Numbered from the stretch's first letter, positions 1 to 9,846 are shown. The stretch: DNA of 64,000 nt from Armatimonadota bacterium (GCA_041690135.1 JAWLHY010000004.1:416001-480000), one strand, 5' to 3'. The notes: a model not told the origin generated them from the letters alone. Numbers and translations are program-made.

Positions 1-673
1 CATGATGGAGCACTTTGGGTTCGGGCAGGTAGACCAGCTTCCATCCCGCTGCGCGGAGGCGGCGGCACCAATCCACGTCGTTGTAGAACAGGAAAAGCGA
101 CTCGTCCATCTCGCCCACCTGCCGGTACGCTTCCCCGCGAATAACGAGGCAGGTGGTCTGGGTGGTCGCCACCTCTTGCTCGCGGGAGAAGTCGAAGCGG
201 GGTAAACTCCACTCGCGAAAGGGCCAGGCGCCTGGGAAGAGGAGGTGGAACCCGGAGTCGCGCAGCCAGGCCATCACCAGCGTGTGCTCCGGCGAAAGCG
301 TCGGCTGAGGTAGACCATCGGTCCCCACGTTGCAGGGCGTCACCGCGCCGACCTGCGGGTGCTCGTCCAGGTACCGCACCAACCCGGCCAGGGTCTCTGG
401 ATAGACCTCGGCATCGGAGTTGAGCCAGCAGACGTGCCGCCCCCGGTGCTCCCGCAGGCCCAGGTTGTTGGCCGCCGCATAGCCCACGTTCCGCTCGGAG
501 CGGATCCACCGCACCTCCGGAAACCGTTCCCGGACCGTGGACAGATCTTCCGGAGACGCATTGTCCACCACTGTCGCCTCCCACGCTACCCCTACGGATC
601 CGCGCAGGCTCCCCAGGCACTGCTCCAGCAGATCCGCCCGGTTATAGGCGGGGATGACGATGGAAACGTCCAA
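1..673 (-). CDS. Glycosyltransferase family 2 (GT2, WbbL-like); 3' end runs off the window
   Basis: Manual translation, not in the ORF track: LDVSIVIPAYNRADLLEQCL...VVDNAS...NVGYAAANNLG...WLNSDAEV...MDESLFLFYNDVDWCRRL. Start is TTG 673 or in-frame ATG 712. Confidence 0.85.
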   Translation of the reverse strand, partial: MDVSIVIPAYNRADLLEQCLGSLRGSVGVAWEATVVDNASPEDLSTVRERFPEVRWIRSERNVGYAAANNLGLREHRGRHVCWLNSDAEVYPETLAGLVRYLDEHPQVGAVTPCNVGTDGLPQPTLSPEHTLVMAWLRDSGFHLLFPGAWPFREWSLPRFDFSREQEVATTQTTCLVIRGEAYRQVGEMDESLFLFYNDVDWCRRLRAAGWKLVYLPEPKVLHH

Positions 674-678
674 GGGCG

Positions 679-1084
679 TTGGGCCACCCCTCGGGTGGTA
701 AACATTGGGCATTAGGCGCTCAGGTGTTCAGGCTAAAGGAGCGCGGACGTCCCGTCCGCCGGTGTTCAGGTTTTCAGGCATTCGGGTGCTCGGTGGTCGG
801 GTGCCCTATGGACGCGACTGTTTGCCTGTTCAGGCGAAATCGGTTCGGACGCTACCACACTTCCTCACCCCACCACCCGTTTTCCCCCGCCGATCGCGGG
901 CGGCTCTAGCAGAGCAAAGCGCGCACCAGCTGGCCGGGCCTCACCCTCCTACTCCTACTCCTACTCCTACTCCTACTCTTACTCTTACTCTTACGCTTAA
1001 TCCTACTCCCGCCCACCGCTTCCGTCTCCTGCTCTCCGCCCAGCGCCCGAATGCCCAATGTTTACCACCCGAGGGGTGGCCCAA
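679..1084. repeat. 35-bp perfect inverted repeat (679-713 / 1050-1084): CCCAATG heptamer repeats carrying a 19-nt hairpin insert
   Basis: ttgggccacccctcgggtggtaaacattgggcatt is the reverse complement of aatgcccaatgtttaccacccgaggggtggcccaa. Confidence 0.9.
948..1009. repeat. Hexamer tandem repeat (CCTACT/CTTACT)n
   Basis: Seen directly in intergenic sequence. Confidence 0.9.
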
Positions 1085-1182
1085 TGCCCAATGCCTGAAC
1101 GCCCATTGCCTCCCGGCATGGCCGGGACGGAAGGCCGTGTGGTAAAACCTTCCCGTATCCGACGGTAAGGAGATGAAGCCCG

Positions 1183-1872
1183 ATGCCTGTACTCCGTTTC
1201 CTGGGACATTCCGCCTGCGAGGTTAGCGAGGGCGACACGCGGGTGCTGATCGATCCGTTTCTCACGGGTAATCCACTGGGGGCCGTCCCCGCGGCGGAGC
1301 TGGACCCCACGGCCATCCTGCTGACCCACGCGCACAACGACCACCTGGGTGACGCGCAGGCGATCGCCCAACGGACCGGCGCCATGGTCGTCGGCATCTT
1401 CGAGATCGCGACCTACCTGGGCAATCAGGGGTTACAGACCCACGGTATGAGCATCGGTGGGGCCTACGAGTTCCCGTGGGGCTGGGTCAAGCTCACCCAG
1501 GCGTGGCACGGCAGCACCTATATCGACGACCAGGGCCAGTTCCACACCCTCGGCACGCCCGCGGGCATCCTGCTCCGGGTGGGCGGCAAAACGCTCTACC
1601 ACGCGGGCGACACAGGCCTGTTCGGCGACATGGCGCTGATCGGGCGCCACGGCATCGACCTTGCGCTCCTCCCTATCGGCGACAACTTCACCATGGGTCC
1701 CGACGACGCGCTGGAAGCCGTGAAGCTGCTGAAGCCGAAGGCCGTGGTCCCGATCCACTACAACACGTTTCCGCCGATCCGGCAAGACCCCCACGCCTGG
1801 GCGGAGCGGGTCCACGCAGAGACGGACGCCCGGTGCACGGTGCTGGAGCCGGGTCAGGACATCACCTACTGA
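1183..1872 (+). CDS. Metal-dependent hydrolase, metallo-beta-lactamase fold (UPF0173-like)
   Basis: LGHS, IDPFLTGNP, THAHNDHLGD, YHAGDTGLFGDM, LPIGDNFTMGP, PIHYNTFP; AGGAG upstream. Confidence 0.92.
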   Translation: MPVLRFLGHSACEVSEGDTRVLIDPFLTGNPLGAVPAAELDPTAILLTHAHNDHLGDAQAIAQRTGAMVVGIFEIATYLGNQGLQTHGMSIGGAYEFPWGWVKLTQAWHGSTYIDDQGQFHTLGTPAGILLRVGGKTLYHAGDTGLFGDMALIGRHGIDLALLPIGDNFTMGPDDALEAVKLLKPKAVVPIHYNTFPPIRQDPHAWAERVHAETDARCTVLEPGQDITY

Positions 1873-2660
1873 TGCGAATCCTGGTCACCAACGACGACGG
1901 CGCGCAGGCCGAGGGGCTCGTCGCTCTGAAGCAGGCGCTGGAGCAGTTCGCGGAGGTTACGGTGGTGGCGCCGGACCGGCCGCGCTCCGCCTGTGGGCAC
2001 AGCATCACTCTCCATAAGCCGCTTCGCCTGAGCGAGACCATGCTTCCGGACGGTACCCCCGGCTGGGTCGGCAGCGGCACGCCCTCGGACTGCGTTACCC
2101 TGGGCATCCTGGACGTGATGCAAGAGGCCCCGCCGGACCTGCTGTTCTCCGGGATCAACCACGGCCCGAACCTGGGATGGGACCTGCTGTACAGCGGCAC
2201 CGTCTCCGCGGCCATGGAAGGGGCCATTGCCGGCATTCCGGCCGTTGCGATCTCGGTCGCGTGGCGGTTCCGGCGGATGGTCGAGGAGGAAGAGGGACCG
2301 GCGCCCCCGATCGACTTCACGCACGCCGCGGCCTATGCCGCCGAGCTGGCGCGGACCCTGGAGAAGAACCCGCTGCCCCCGCACACACTGTTGAACGTCA
2401 ACGTGCCGTATCTGGAGCCGAAAGGCGTCCGGGTCACCCGGCAGGGGGTGCGCCGGTATCCCGCCAAGCTCGATAAGCGCGTCGACCCGATGGGGCGCAA
2501 TTACTACTGGCTGGGCGGCGACGATCCGGTGGACGAGCCGATCGAGGGCACGGACGTGGAGGCGATCCGCGCCCAATACATCTCGGTGACGCCCGTCCAC
2601 CTCGATCTCACCGCCACCCCCTTGCTGGAGCGATACGCCTCGCTGGCCGTGGACTGGTAA
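1872..2660 (+). CDS. surE: 5'/3'-nucleotidase SurE
   Basis: MRILVTNDDG, SGTPSDCV, SGINHGPNLG, YSGTVSAAMEG, ISVTPVHLDLT; TGATG overlap with the upstream gene. Confidence 0.95.
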   Translation: MRILVTNDDGAQAEGLVALKQALEQFAEVTVVAPDRPRSACGHSITLHKPLRLSETMLPDGTPGWVGSGTPSDCVTLGILDVMQEAPPDLLFSGINHGPNLGWDLLYSGTVSAAMEGAIAGIPAVAISVAWRFRRMVEEEEGPAPPIDFTHAAAYAAELARTLEKNPLPPHTLLNVNVPYLEPKGVRVTRQGVRRYPAKLDKRVDPMGRNYYWLGGDDPVDEPIEGTDVEAIRAQYISVTPVHLDLTATPLLERYASLAVDW

Positions 2661-2664
2661 GGCG

Positions 2665-3429
2665 TTACGGTTTCTCGATCCAGCAGAGTACGTGGGTCCG
2701 CAGCAGCGGCACCGCGTTGAAAACGTGGTAGAGCGACGGGTGGATGCGGGTGATCCGGCGGCTGATGGGCGGGGCCAGGGTCAACCGCCAGTAGCGCATC
2801 CGCCCCTCCGGAAACAGCTCCCGCACGCGGCCCAGCGACACCCCCTTCACGTCCCGGTTGGCCGGGTTATCGTAGATGAAGTCGTACCAGAGGACTCCGC
2901 CTCCGGGGCGCACCCACTCCCACATCCGGCTCGCCAGGCGCTCCTGGAACCCGGTGTCCAGGAGGGAAGTGAAAACGGTGGACTGGAACACCACGTCGAA
3001 CGACGCGGGTTCCAGCGGCAGCGTGCTGGCATCACCCGCCAGGATTTGCGTCGCGGCGGGTAGCTGAGCGCGAGCCCGCGCCACGCGATCCTCCAGCAGA
3101 TCATTGCCCACCAGGTTCTCCGCCCGGAACCCCAGGCGGAGCAACTGGAGCAGGTTGCCCCCAGACCCACAGCCGATCTCGATCAACCGGCGCTCTCCCA
3201 CGGGCGCCAGGCCGGCCTCCCGGACCCACCGGACCAGCGCCCGCTCCTTCTCCTGCATGCCGAGGTGGACCTCGGGCCGGTAGAGCTCAGCACCGGACCG
3301 GGCCGCCTGGCGGGCGTACCGGCGGGCGTACCGCTCCCGCACGCGAGCGGTTTCGGCGACCGAACCGTCGCCCAACGAGGAGGCGATCAGCGTATCCGCG
3401 CGTCGATCTTCAGGTTCAAAGGTGATCAC
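2665..3429 (-). CDS. Class I SAM-dependent methyltransferase
   Basis: LIEIGCGSGGN motif I, FDVVFQSTVF; GTG start overlaps the sugar transferase 3' end. Confidence 0.85.
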   Translation of the reverse strand: MITFEPEDRRADTLIASSLGDGSVAETARVRERYARRYARQAARSGAELYRPEVHLGMQEKERALVRWVREAGLAPVGERRLIEIGCGSGGNLLQLLRLGFRAENLVGNDLLEDRVARARAQLPAATQILAGDASTLPLEPASFDVVFQSTVFTSLLDTGFQERLASRMWEWVRPGGGVLWYDFIYDNPANRDVKGVSLGRVRELFPEGRMRYWRLTLAPPISRRITRIHPSLYHVFNAVPLLRTHVLCWIEKP

Positions 3430-4162
3430 GGTTGATGAGCTTCCGGGCCGGAGCCCGCAGGCCGACGGCCACCAGGGCCGTGGCAAAGAGAATGCGAAGG
3501 TCCAGAAGGAGCGTGCGCCGGCGAGCGTATTCCAGGTCGAGCGCCAGCTTCTGGGGCATCACCTCCTGGAGGTACGCCTGTTCCACGTCGGCACGGCCGC
3601 GCAGCAGCTCTTCCTCGTCCACGTAGAGGAGTTGGGTGAACCCCGTGATGCCCGGCGTCATCTCCAGGACCCGGCGCTGTTCCGGCGTGTAGTGGCGCAC
3701 GAACCGCTCCACTTCCGGCCGGGGGCCCACCAGCGCCATGTCTCCCCGCAGCACGTTCCAGAGCTGCGGCAACTCGTCCAGCTTGCACTTCCGCAGCACC
3801 CGACCCACCGGGGTGATCCGGTTATCGCTGCCGGCGGTGACCTGCGGGCCGGCGTTGCCCGGTCGCATCGAGCGGAACTTGTAAAGCCGGAACGGCCTCC
3901 CCCCGCGACCGATCCGCTCCTGAAGGTAGAACACCGGCCCCGGCGAGGAGAGCTTCACCGCCGCGGCGACCAGCGCCATCGGCACGGCCAGCACCGTCAG
4001 CGCGGCGCCGGAAAGGAGCACGTCCAGCCCTCGCTTCAATCCATCCGGACGGCTACCATGCGCCACTTCCGCCCTCCGAGGGGTCGAAAGCGGGGTGCCG
4101 TCCCGGCGGTCGGCGATGGGGTCGTTGGCGTCAATCGGAAGAGAGGCGGAGTTTTCGGTCAT
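3416..4162 (-). CDS. Priming phosphoglycosyl (sugar) transferase, WlbG/PglC-like
   Basis: KRGLDV-TM-SPGPVFYLQERIG, YKFRSM, RITPVG, KLDELPQLWNVLRGDMALVGPRPE, PGITG. Confidence 0.93.
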   Translation of the reverse strand: MTENSASLPIDANDPIADRRDGTPLSTPRRAEVAHGSRPDGLKRGLDVLLSGAALTVLAVPMALVAAAVKLSSPGPVFYLQERIGRGGRPFRLYKFRSMRPGNAGPQVTAGSDNRITPVGRVLRKCKLDELPQLWNVLRGDMALVGPRPEVERFVRHYTPEQRRVLEMTPGITGFTQLLYVDEEELLRGRADVEQAYLQEVMPQKLALDLEYARRRTLLLDLRILFATALVAVGLRAPARKLINRDHL

Positions 4163-4231
4163 CGCATAAGGCTTCGCTGGGATCACGAAGCCCCTAATGC
4201 GATGACCTGACCGCGACGTGCAAGGGGTCTC

Positions 4232-5665
4232 CTATCGGGATAGGACCTGCACCAACGTGCGTCCCATCTGCCGGGCGGCGATGTCGTCTTCGCCGGTGAT
4301 GATCTTGCCGTCCACCAACACGTCATCGATGGCCGTGCCCGGCTGCCCGATCACGCCGGGAGGCGACATAATCGCGCCGTTCGCCTCGGGATGCCAGCGG
4401 CAGGAAGGCTGGGCCGGGCGGCCGTTGTAGATGCCGGCGGCAGCCTGTCGCACCGGAGCACAGACCCGTTTCCCCTGCAGCGGGCTCCGGTAGTTTACCC
4501 GCGCCCAGGCCAACACCGAGACGGCGTTGCAGAGGGCGGCGACGTACTTGTCCTGCGCGATGAACTCCCCGATGATGCGGTTGACTTCCGCTTTGGTACT
4601 GCGGTCGCCGTTGTAAGCGGGATCGTTGTAGCGGCCGTTGAACGCGTACTGGTAAGCCGAAGCGCCCCAGCCGCCGGAGAAGAGGATCGCGTCGTAGTCC
4701 GCGGCGCGGACCTGGCTCAGGGCGATGTCCGGCTGCACCACGCCTCCGTCCCCGCCTTCACCCGAGCCGGAGTGCGGACGGCAGGGAGCCCGACGGCCGG
4801 CCGCCACGGTCACGCGAAACCCGGCGCGCTCCAACTCGGCGCGCGGCTCGCTGTATTCCCGGTAAAAGAAGTGATGGTTGGCGATCACCATCAAGACCCG
4901 TCGGCCTCCACGTCCCGCGGCCGGGCGAGGGTTACTGGGCGCCCTGCCCCGCGGAGTAGTCACCGCGGGGCGGGGCGCCGGACGCGCCGGAACCGCAGGT
5001 CGCGGAGAAGCGGCCGGACGCGGGCCGCGATCCACCGAGCCGTTCAGCACCCGCAGGTCCACCGCGTGGAAGACGGTCTCGCTCTCCCAGGCCACGAGCC
5101 CGAGTTGCCGGGGATCGGGCATGGCCCAGAGATCGGGCACCGAAAGGTCGCTGCCCGTGGTGCGATGTGTCGCCACTTCCTTGCCGTCCAGCAATCCGCG
5201 GATCTGTCCCCGGCGTACCTCTACCGTGAGCGTGTAGCGCCGGCCGTTTTCCAGGCGGAAGTTCTCGCGGCGGGTGGGGTTCTCGCGGATCGTACGCCCG
5301 TTAATGTTCTGGAAGCCGGCCACATGACTGCCCCAGGCATCGACCTCAAAAACGACCTGGCGTCCCCCCTGCACGACCACCAGACCAATGGAGTGCTGAC
5401 CGGTCCGCCGCGTAAAGCTGGCGCGGAGATCGTACTCCCCGGTGGGTGCTACCGGCAGGGACAGGCGGGCGCCCTGCGCGGCGGAGACGGTCAACCCGGC
5501 GCCGGACTTCCGCCAGTTGCCGGCCACGGCGGCCCGCTGGGGCTCCACGGCGGGAAGGAGGGATTCCCAGTCTGCCTCGGCGGCGTTTGCATCACCGCGC
5601 AGCGTGACAACCGCCACCAAGATCCCGACCGCCATGAGCGCAAGCCCCAGAACGCGAGCTGCCAT
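4232..5665 (-). CDS. Secreted protein with N-terminal beta-rich domain, Pro/Arg linker and C-terminal DJ-1/PfpI domain
   Basis: Signal-peptide-like N-terminus; VLMVIAN..FFYREY, YDAILFSGGWGA, VAALCNAV, VLVDGKIITG. Confidence 0.8.
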   Translation of the reverse strand: MAARVLGLALMAVGILVAVVTLRGDANAAEADWESLLPAVEPQRAAVAGNWRKSGAGLTVSAAQGARLSLPVAPTGEYDLRASFTRRTGQHSIGLVVVQGGRQVVFEVDAWGSHVAGFQNINGRTIRENPTRRENFRLENGRRYTLTVEVRRGQIRGLLDGKEVATHRTTGSDLSVPDLWAMPDPRQLGLVAWESETVFHAVDLRVLNGSVDRGPRPAASPRPAVPARPAPRPAVTTPRGRAPSNPRPAAGRGGRRVLMVIANHHFFYREYSEPRAELERAGFRVTVAAGRRAPCRPHSGSGEGGDGGVVQPDIALSQVRAADYDAILFSGGWGASAYQYAFNGRYNDPAYNGDRSTKAEVNRIIGEFIAQDKYVAALCNAVSVLAWARVNYRSPLQGKRVCAPVRQAAAGIYNGRPAQPSCRWHPEANGAIMSPPGVIGQPGTAIDDVLVDGKIITGEDDIAARQMGRTLVQVLSR

Positions 5666-6027
5666 CACTGTCGCCTTTCGTACTCCGCCAACACCCGCTT
5701 CGGCGCCCGCCTTCGCCACGCCGCCTCCAGAAGCTCACACACCAGGCCCCGGTCCGCTTGCGCCAAATCCACCCGGACCCCCAGCAACCTGCGGCCCCAC
5801 CACAGCTCCTCACACGCGGAAGCCGTCTCGGCCACCACGGCCCGGGCAGCATGCTCGTCCAGGAAGATATGCAAGTGGGTACCTTCCGGCGGTACGGTGG
5901 CGAAGATCTTCCTTCCCGCACTTCCGGCGGGCACGCGGAAGGAAGAATACTCAAAGTGCGGCTCTTCCACCGCCTCGGGCAGGGACAGCGCGAACGAGCG
6001 GGCTTCCGATAGCGTCATCTGCGGCAA
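5665..6027 (-). CDS. MmcQ/YjbR family protein
   Basis: ARSFALSLPEAVEEPHF..SFRV...KIFAT...LLEAAWRRRAPKR; stop overlaps the next start. Confidence 0.85.
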   Translation of the reverse strand: MPQMTLSEARSFALSLPEAVEEPHFEYSSFRVPAGSAGRKIFATVPPEGTHLHIFLDEHAARAVVAETASACEELWWGRRLLGVRVDLAQADRGLVCELLEAAWRRRAPKRVLAEYERRQ

Positions 6028-6056
6028 AGCTTCCTGGCAACCCCCTGGCCGACCAC

Positions 6057-6698
6057 TTATTGGTAGAAGAACACCAGGGCTTTGTTCCGGGACTCCGCCT
6101 CACGGAGCCATCCTTCATACTCCTCCAACAGTTCCCGAACGTCCTCGTCCGTCAGGGGGCCGCGCCGGATGATACGCGAAATGACCAGACCCAGCAGCCA
6201 GGAACCGAACGACCGTCTCGGCTTCTTCCCCGAGGGCGCGGCGGTCTTTAGCGGTCCCTTCTCCATCCTGGCGACGATGGCGGAGATTTGCTCCGGCGTC
6301 AGGAATCCGATTGCCGGGAAACTGTCGTTTGGCGGGAGTTCCACCGGCGGACCGCTCTTGAGCACCTGATCCATCCCGGTCGTCTCCAACACCTGCCACC
6401 GGATGCTCTCCCAGCAATCGGCATCCAGCCGCTCCCCCAGGCGCGCGCAGAGCGCCTCCAGCGCATATCCATACTGGTGCGCGGAACCGACCCTTCGTGC
6501 CTCGCCCATTACGAGGTGCCGGAGTGCTTCGCGCAACGGGATCTCTTCCTCGTCGGCATCTCCCTCGTCGGCTTCATCCTCGGCAAAGACCTCGGGACGC
6601 CCTTCCCGGATGGCGTCGAGTAACGCCTCATCCCGACTTTCGACCGCCCGGCGCAGGTCGCCGAGATCGATGAGGTAAGGTGTCAGCGTGTAACTCAT
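6057..6698 (-). CDS. Conserved hypothetical protein
   Basis: ATG with GGAGG RBS; globular acidic protein (MSYTLTPYLIDL...YGYALEALC...FPAIG...LVFFYQ). Confidence 0.75.
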   Translation of the reverse strand: MSYTLTPYLIDLGDLRRAVESRDEALLDAIREGRPEVFAEDEADEGDADEEEIPLREALRHLVMGEARRVGSAHQYGYALEALCARLGERLDADCWESIRWQVLETTGMDQVLKSGPPVELPPNDSFPAIGFLTPEQISAIVARMEKGPLKTAAPSGKKPRRSFGSWLLGLVISRIIRRGPLTDEDVRELLEEYEGWLREAESRNKALVFFYQ

Positions 6699-6929
6699 TC
6701 AGCCTCCTCACAGGCTACCTGCCGTGCAAGCTCGATACCGACACCCGCCCGGCGCTACCCCTGAATTGATCCCCGGCGATCAGACGGCCTGCGTGCCCGC
6801 TCCGGTTAAGATGCGGCCGGCGTCGGACAACCGGCGGGGGATACGGCCATCCCAATTGAGGATGATGGCACCACATCCGTACAGCAACACGGTAGTCAAT
6901 CGGGAACGGACACCTGCCGCCATTCTGCA

Positions 6930-7245
6930 TCAGGCGGCTGCACCGTGGGGCGGGCGTCTCGCCCGCCTCGGCAGCCGTGCTGCACTGCGGCGGCTGCGCC
7001 GTGGGGTGGGCGTCTCGCCTGCCCCGGCCGACCAGGATTCCCCTGCCATCGGCGTGCATCCCGGTAGTCGCAATGCAAGCAGGTAGGGTCGTGGTCGCAT
7101 ATCCGGCGCAGCCAGGGCCGTCCTCGGCCAGGATCATGCCTCCGCACCCGTATTGCACAACGGTAGCCGCAATGCACGCGGGTAGGGTCGTGGTCGCCGT
7201 CCCCGACCAGGACCTTGCCTTCGGACCCGGAATGCACCACGCGCC
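6930..7245. repeat. Cluster of REP-like palindromes with GTGG/GTAG 5' tetranucleotides
   Basis: GTGG-GGCGGGCGTCTCGCCCGCC at 6945 and a variant at 7001; GTAG-GGTCGTGGTCGC at ~7083 and 7182. Confidence 0.75.
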
Positions 7246-7343
7246 GCCGTGTCGAACCCCAGCCGAAGCCGCCGCACGGGTGCCCTCTCCGTACCGCACC
7301 GCACGCCGTGCGTCCACGACTTTGCTTCCGCGCCCGGTTTACA

Positions 7344-8144
7344 CTAACACTTCCATCTGCTCATCGTATCGGCAGGATGCATCAGATCCGAAGTGGCAAT
7401 GCCCAGCATCTCCCGCACGCACACCGTGAGTTCCGCCGGGCTGAAGGGCTTCGTGAGATAGCCTTGCGAACCGTCCCGCCGGGCGCGGGGGGCGCAAGGG
7501 TCGGCCGAACTTCCGGAAAGCATGAGGACTGGCAGGTCCGCCGTTGCCGGTTCCGCACGGAGTTCACTCAACACCTCGAACCCGTCCATCCGGGGCATCA
7601 TCACGTCCAGGATCAACAGGTCCGGACAACCCCTCGCCAGCCGCTCCAGCGCCTCTTGACCGCTTCCCACCGTATCGACGAGGTAGTCCTTCCCACGCAA
7701 AATATTCTCTGCCATCTTGCAAATATGCGCCTCGTCGTCGACGATGAGGATGCGCCGAGCGGGCTCGCCGACGCGTAAGAACCAGCGCACTTTGACGGAT
7801 ATCTGGTTCTCGGACGGCGGTCGGACGAGGTAGCCGTCACTTCCTTCCCACTGCCAGCGGTTGGCTTCCAGGTTCCGGAGTTTCTCGGGTAGCATGATCA
7901 CCGGCACTGCGGCCGTCTCCGGATCGCTCCGCAGTCGCTTCAGTACTTCCAGCCCGTTCAGCCCCGGCAGTTGCACCCCCAGGAAGATCAGGTCCGGCGT
8001 CGCATCCGCAACCCGTGCGAGCGCCTCGTTGCCGTCAGGCGTCACCACAGCCTCGCAGCCCTCAGTCCGCACCACGCGCTCCAGGCACTCCCGCACCCTC
8101 GCCTCGCGGTCGACGATCAAGACCCGCGGAGCACCATTACACAT
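7344..8144 (-). CDS. Response regulator with two tandem receiver domains and no output domain
   Basis: REC1 RVLIVDRE...PDLIFLGVQLPGLNG; REC2 ILIVDDE...PDLLILDVMMPRMDG...YLTKPF. Confidence 0.88.
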   Translation of the reverse strand: MCNGAPRVLIVDREARVRECLERVVRTEGCEAVVTPDGNEALARVADATPDLIFLGVQLPGLNGLEVLKRLRSDPETAAVPVIMLPEKLRNLEANRWQWEGSDGYLVRPPSENQISVKVRWFLRVGEPARRILIVDDEAHICKMAENILRGKDYLVDTVGSGQEALERLARGCPDLLILDVMMPRMDGFEVLSELRAEPATADLPVLMLSGSSADPCAPRARRDGSQGYLTKPFSPAELTVCVREMLGIATSDLMHPADTMSRWKC

Positions 8145-8196
8145 GCTCTAGTCCTCCGGCCGAACCGTCCTGCCCTCGCACCCGTTCTGCCCACCG

Positions 8197-8258
8197 GTAG
8201 GGTCGGGTCGCTGTCCCCGACCAGGAATATGCCCTCACTCCCGGAATGCACGACGGTA
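8197..8258 (+). repeat. REP-like unit, diverged direct repeat of 7182-7243
   Basis: GTAG-GGTCGGG-tcgctgtc-CCCGACC-agga...cccggaatgcac matches the 7182 unit. Confidence 0.75.
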
Positions 8259-8677
8259 GGTCCTGGGCGCGCACCCGTCCTGCCGCATGGGCTCCCCCAC
8301 CTGGGGAATGCAAACTTACGAGACAATTGCCCCCTAAATGGTGCATCCGGCGTGTGGCGATCAGATTCTCACGTTGACGGGACACGTCCGGCGGCGTGGG
8401 TTGGATCCCATCCGACAAGTGTTCGAAAGCGGCACCCGTAGGGAACGTCTCACCGTAGCGTTCCGCCGGACTGGGGCCGATCCCGTCCCGCCAACTCGTA
8501 GCCGTCCTGAATCAGAACCGGTCCGGATTGGCGCAACCGGATCAGATCCGTTGACGGCGGAATGGAACGGCGTCACATTCCCTACCGTCAGGGTCTCCCA
8601 GGGCCCGCCTTGATTCGAGATCACTCCCGTGGTGGCTGCGATAGTGCGTACGGAAAACACATCTACACTTGCCGGAT

Positions 8678-8845
8678 TCATCCTAAGAAGCGCGGCGGCC
8701 AAACGAACTCCCCGTGCCCGTTCAGGCAGGCCGGCAGAAGAACCAGGCCCAGGATCACAACACAAAAGACGATGACGGTCACCACCAGTGCCGTCTTCCC
8801 GTCCGAAATGCGCGGGGCTACGTCTCGCTCCCTCCGGAAGGGCAT
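8678..8845 (-). CDS. Putative 55-aa single-pass membrane protein
   Basis: Manual translation MPFRRERDVAPRISDGKTALVVTVIVFCVVILGLVLLPACLNGHGEFVWPPRFLG; GAGG upstream; starts 20 bp after the preceding stop. Confidence 0.5.
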   Translation of the reverse strand: MPFRRERDVAPRISDGKTALVVTVIVFCVVILGLVLLPACLNGHGEFVWPPRFLG

Positions 8846-8864
8846 CCTTGTACCTCGGGCCGAA

Positions 8865-9173
8865 TTAGCCGCCCCACTCCTCGTAGGCTTCCATTACGTC
8901 CTGCACTTCCTGCGGCAGGGATTCGATGTCCAGGGTGTCCACTCCCACCCACCTCCGCCGGATGCCCTCCCCCTGGATCTCACACCGGATTCCGTGGTGC
9001 GTGTCGGCATCGAACGCCAGCACCGTCACCGGTTTACCCAGGGCCGTGGCCTGGATCGGCGGGGTAACCGCATCCTCCAGCGCTACTCCCCAACCGGACA
9101 TCACCTCGTCATCGGTGTAGGCGTCTGTGGTGACGAAGTCGATGATCTCACGGATACGTTCCGGGCTCGCCAT
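8865..9173 (-). CDS. Small acidic protein resembling the calcium-binding (CcbP-like) family
   Basis: IIDFVTTDAYTDDEVMSGW..LEDAV..P..A..LG..V.V...EAYEEW pattern; purine-rich RBS. Confidence 0.65.
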   Translation of the reverse strand: MASPERIREIIDFVTTDAYTDDEVMSGWGVALEDAVTPPIQATALGKPVTVLAFDADTHHGIRCEIQGEGIRRRWVGVDTLDIESLPQEVQDVMEAYEEWGG

Positions 9174-9348
9174 TTTCCAACTTCCCTTCCTTCGCCCAGT
9201 GGGACTACCTTTACCGTGAATAGTACCACCAGATCGCGCCGACCGCGAGCAGGCTGATCGCCGCGCACCCCAGCGTGAACCGGCGTGCCTCCGGGCGACG
9301 GTCGGCCTCCCACAGCGCCTCGAAGAAGGCAAAAAAGTGGTCCCACAT

Positions 9349-9846
9349 CTAACTGCCGCCCCCCGGAGGCCGGACCCGCATCAGCACACGCTCCACCAGG
9401 CCAGCGATGAAGACCATCAATCCCACGGTCCGTGTGCCCAGGGCGAGGTCGCGAACCGTATCGGGATCCCACGCAGTCATGCTGCCCAGGGCAAACTTTG
9501 GGACGAAGAACTCGCTGATCGGCCCGGCGAACCAGACCAGCAGGATTCCGGAGATCAAGAGAGCGACGACCCACCGGCGCCGGTTCTCCGCCTCGGTCTT
9601 CGGGGTCGCAACGCCGAACGTTGATGCGTTGGCGGCTGTGGGTACTTCCTGGGACAAATTACCGACCAGGGCCGCCACAGCCTGCCACTCCTGCGAAGCA
9701 CGGAGTTGCCCAAGAGTCTGGCCAGTCGCTTCCAGGGCTTGCGCGGTGGGTGCAATCAGTCCCGACCGGACCGACTGACGGATCTCATCCAGCGTGTAGG
9801 GACCCCGGATCGTTCCTTCGGGCTCCGGGCGCAAGTAGAATCGCAA
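9349..9846 (-). CDS. GYF_2/DUF4339-like domain membrane protein
   Basis: FYLR...IRGPYTLDEIRQ..RSGLI...W followed by two TM helices; GGAGGAG RBS before TTG. Confidence 0.7.
   Translation of the reverse strand: MRFYLRPEPEGTIRGPYTLDEIRQSVRSGLIAPTAQALEATGQTLGQLRASQEWQAVAALVGNLSQEVPTAANASTFGVATPKTEAENRRRWVVALLISGILLVWFAGPISEFFVPKFALGSMTAWDPDTVRDLALGTRTVGLMVFIAGLVERVLMRVRPPGGGS

Noticed and set aside
679-1084. Invertible promoter segment or IS bounded by 35-bp inverted repeats
   Set aside because: No recombinase or transposase nearby; better explained by two heptamer arrays each carrying the same 19-nt insert. Inversion is not excluded without reads.
6715-7317. 200-aa ORF with internal repeats
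   Set aside because: Lies over a REP-like cluster; the repeats switch frame; probably non-coding.
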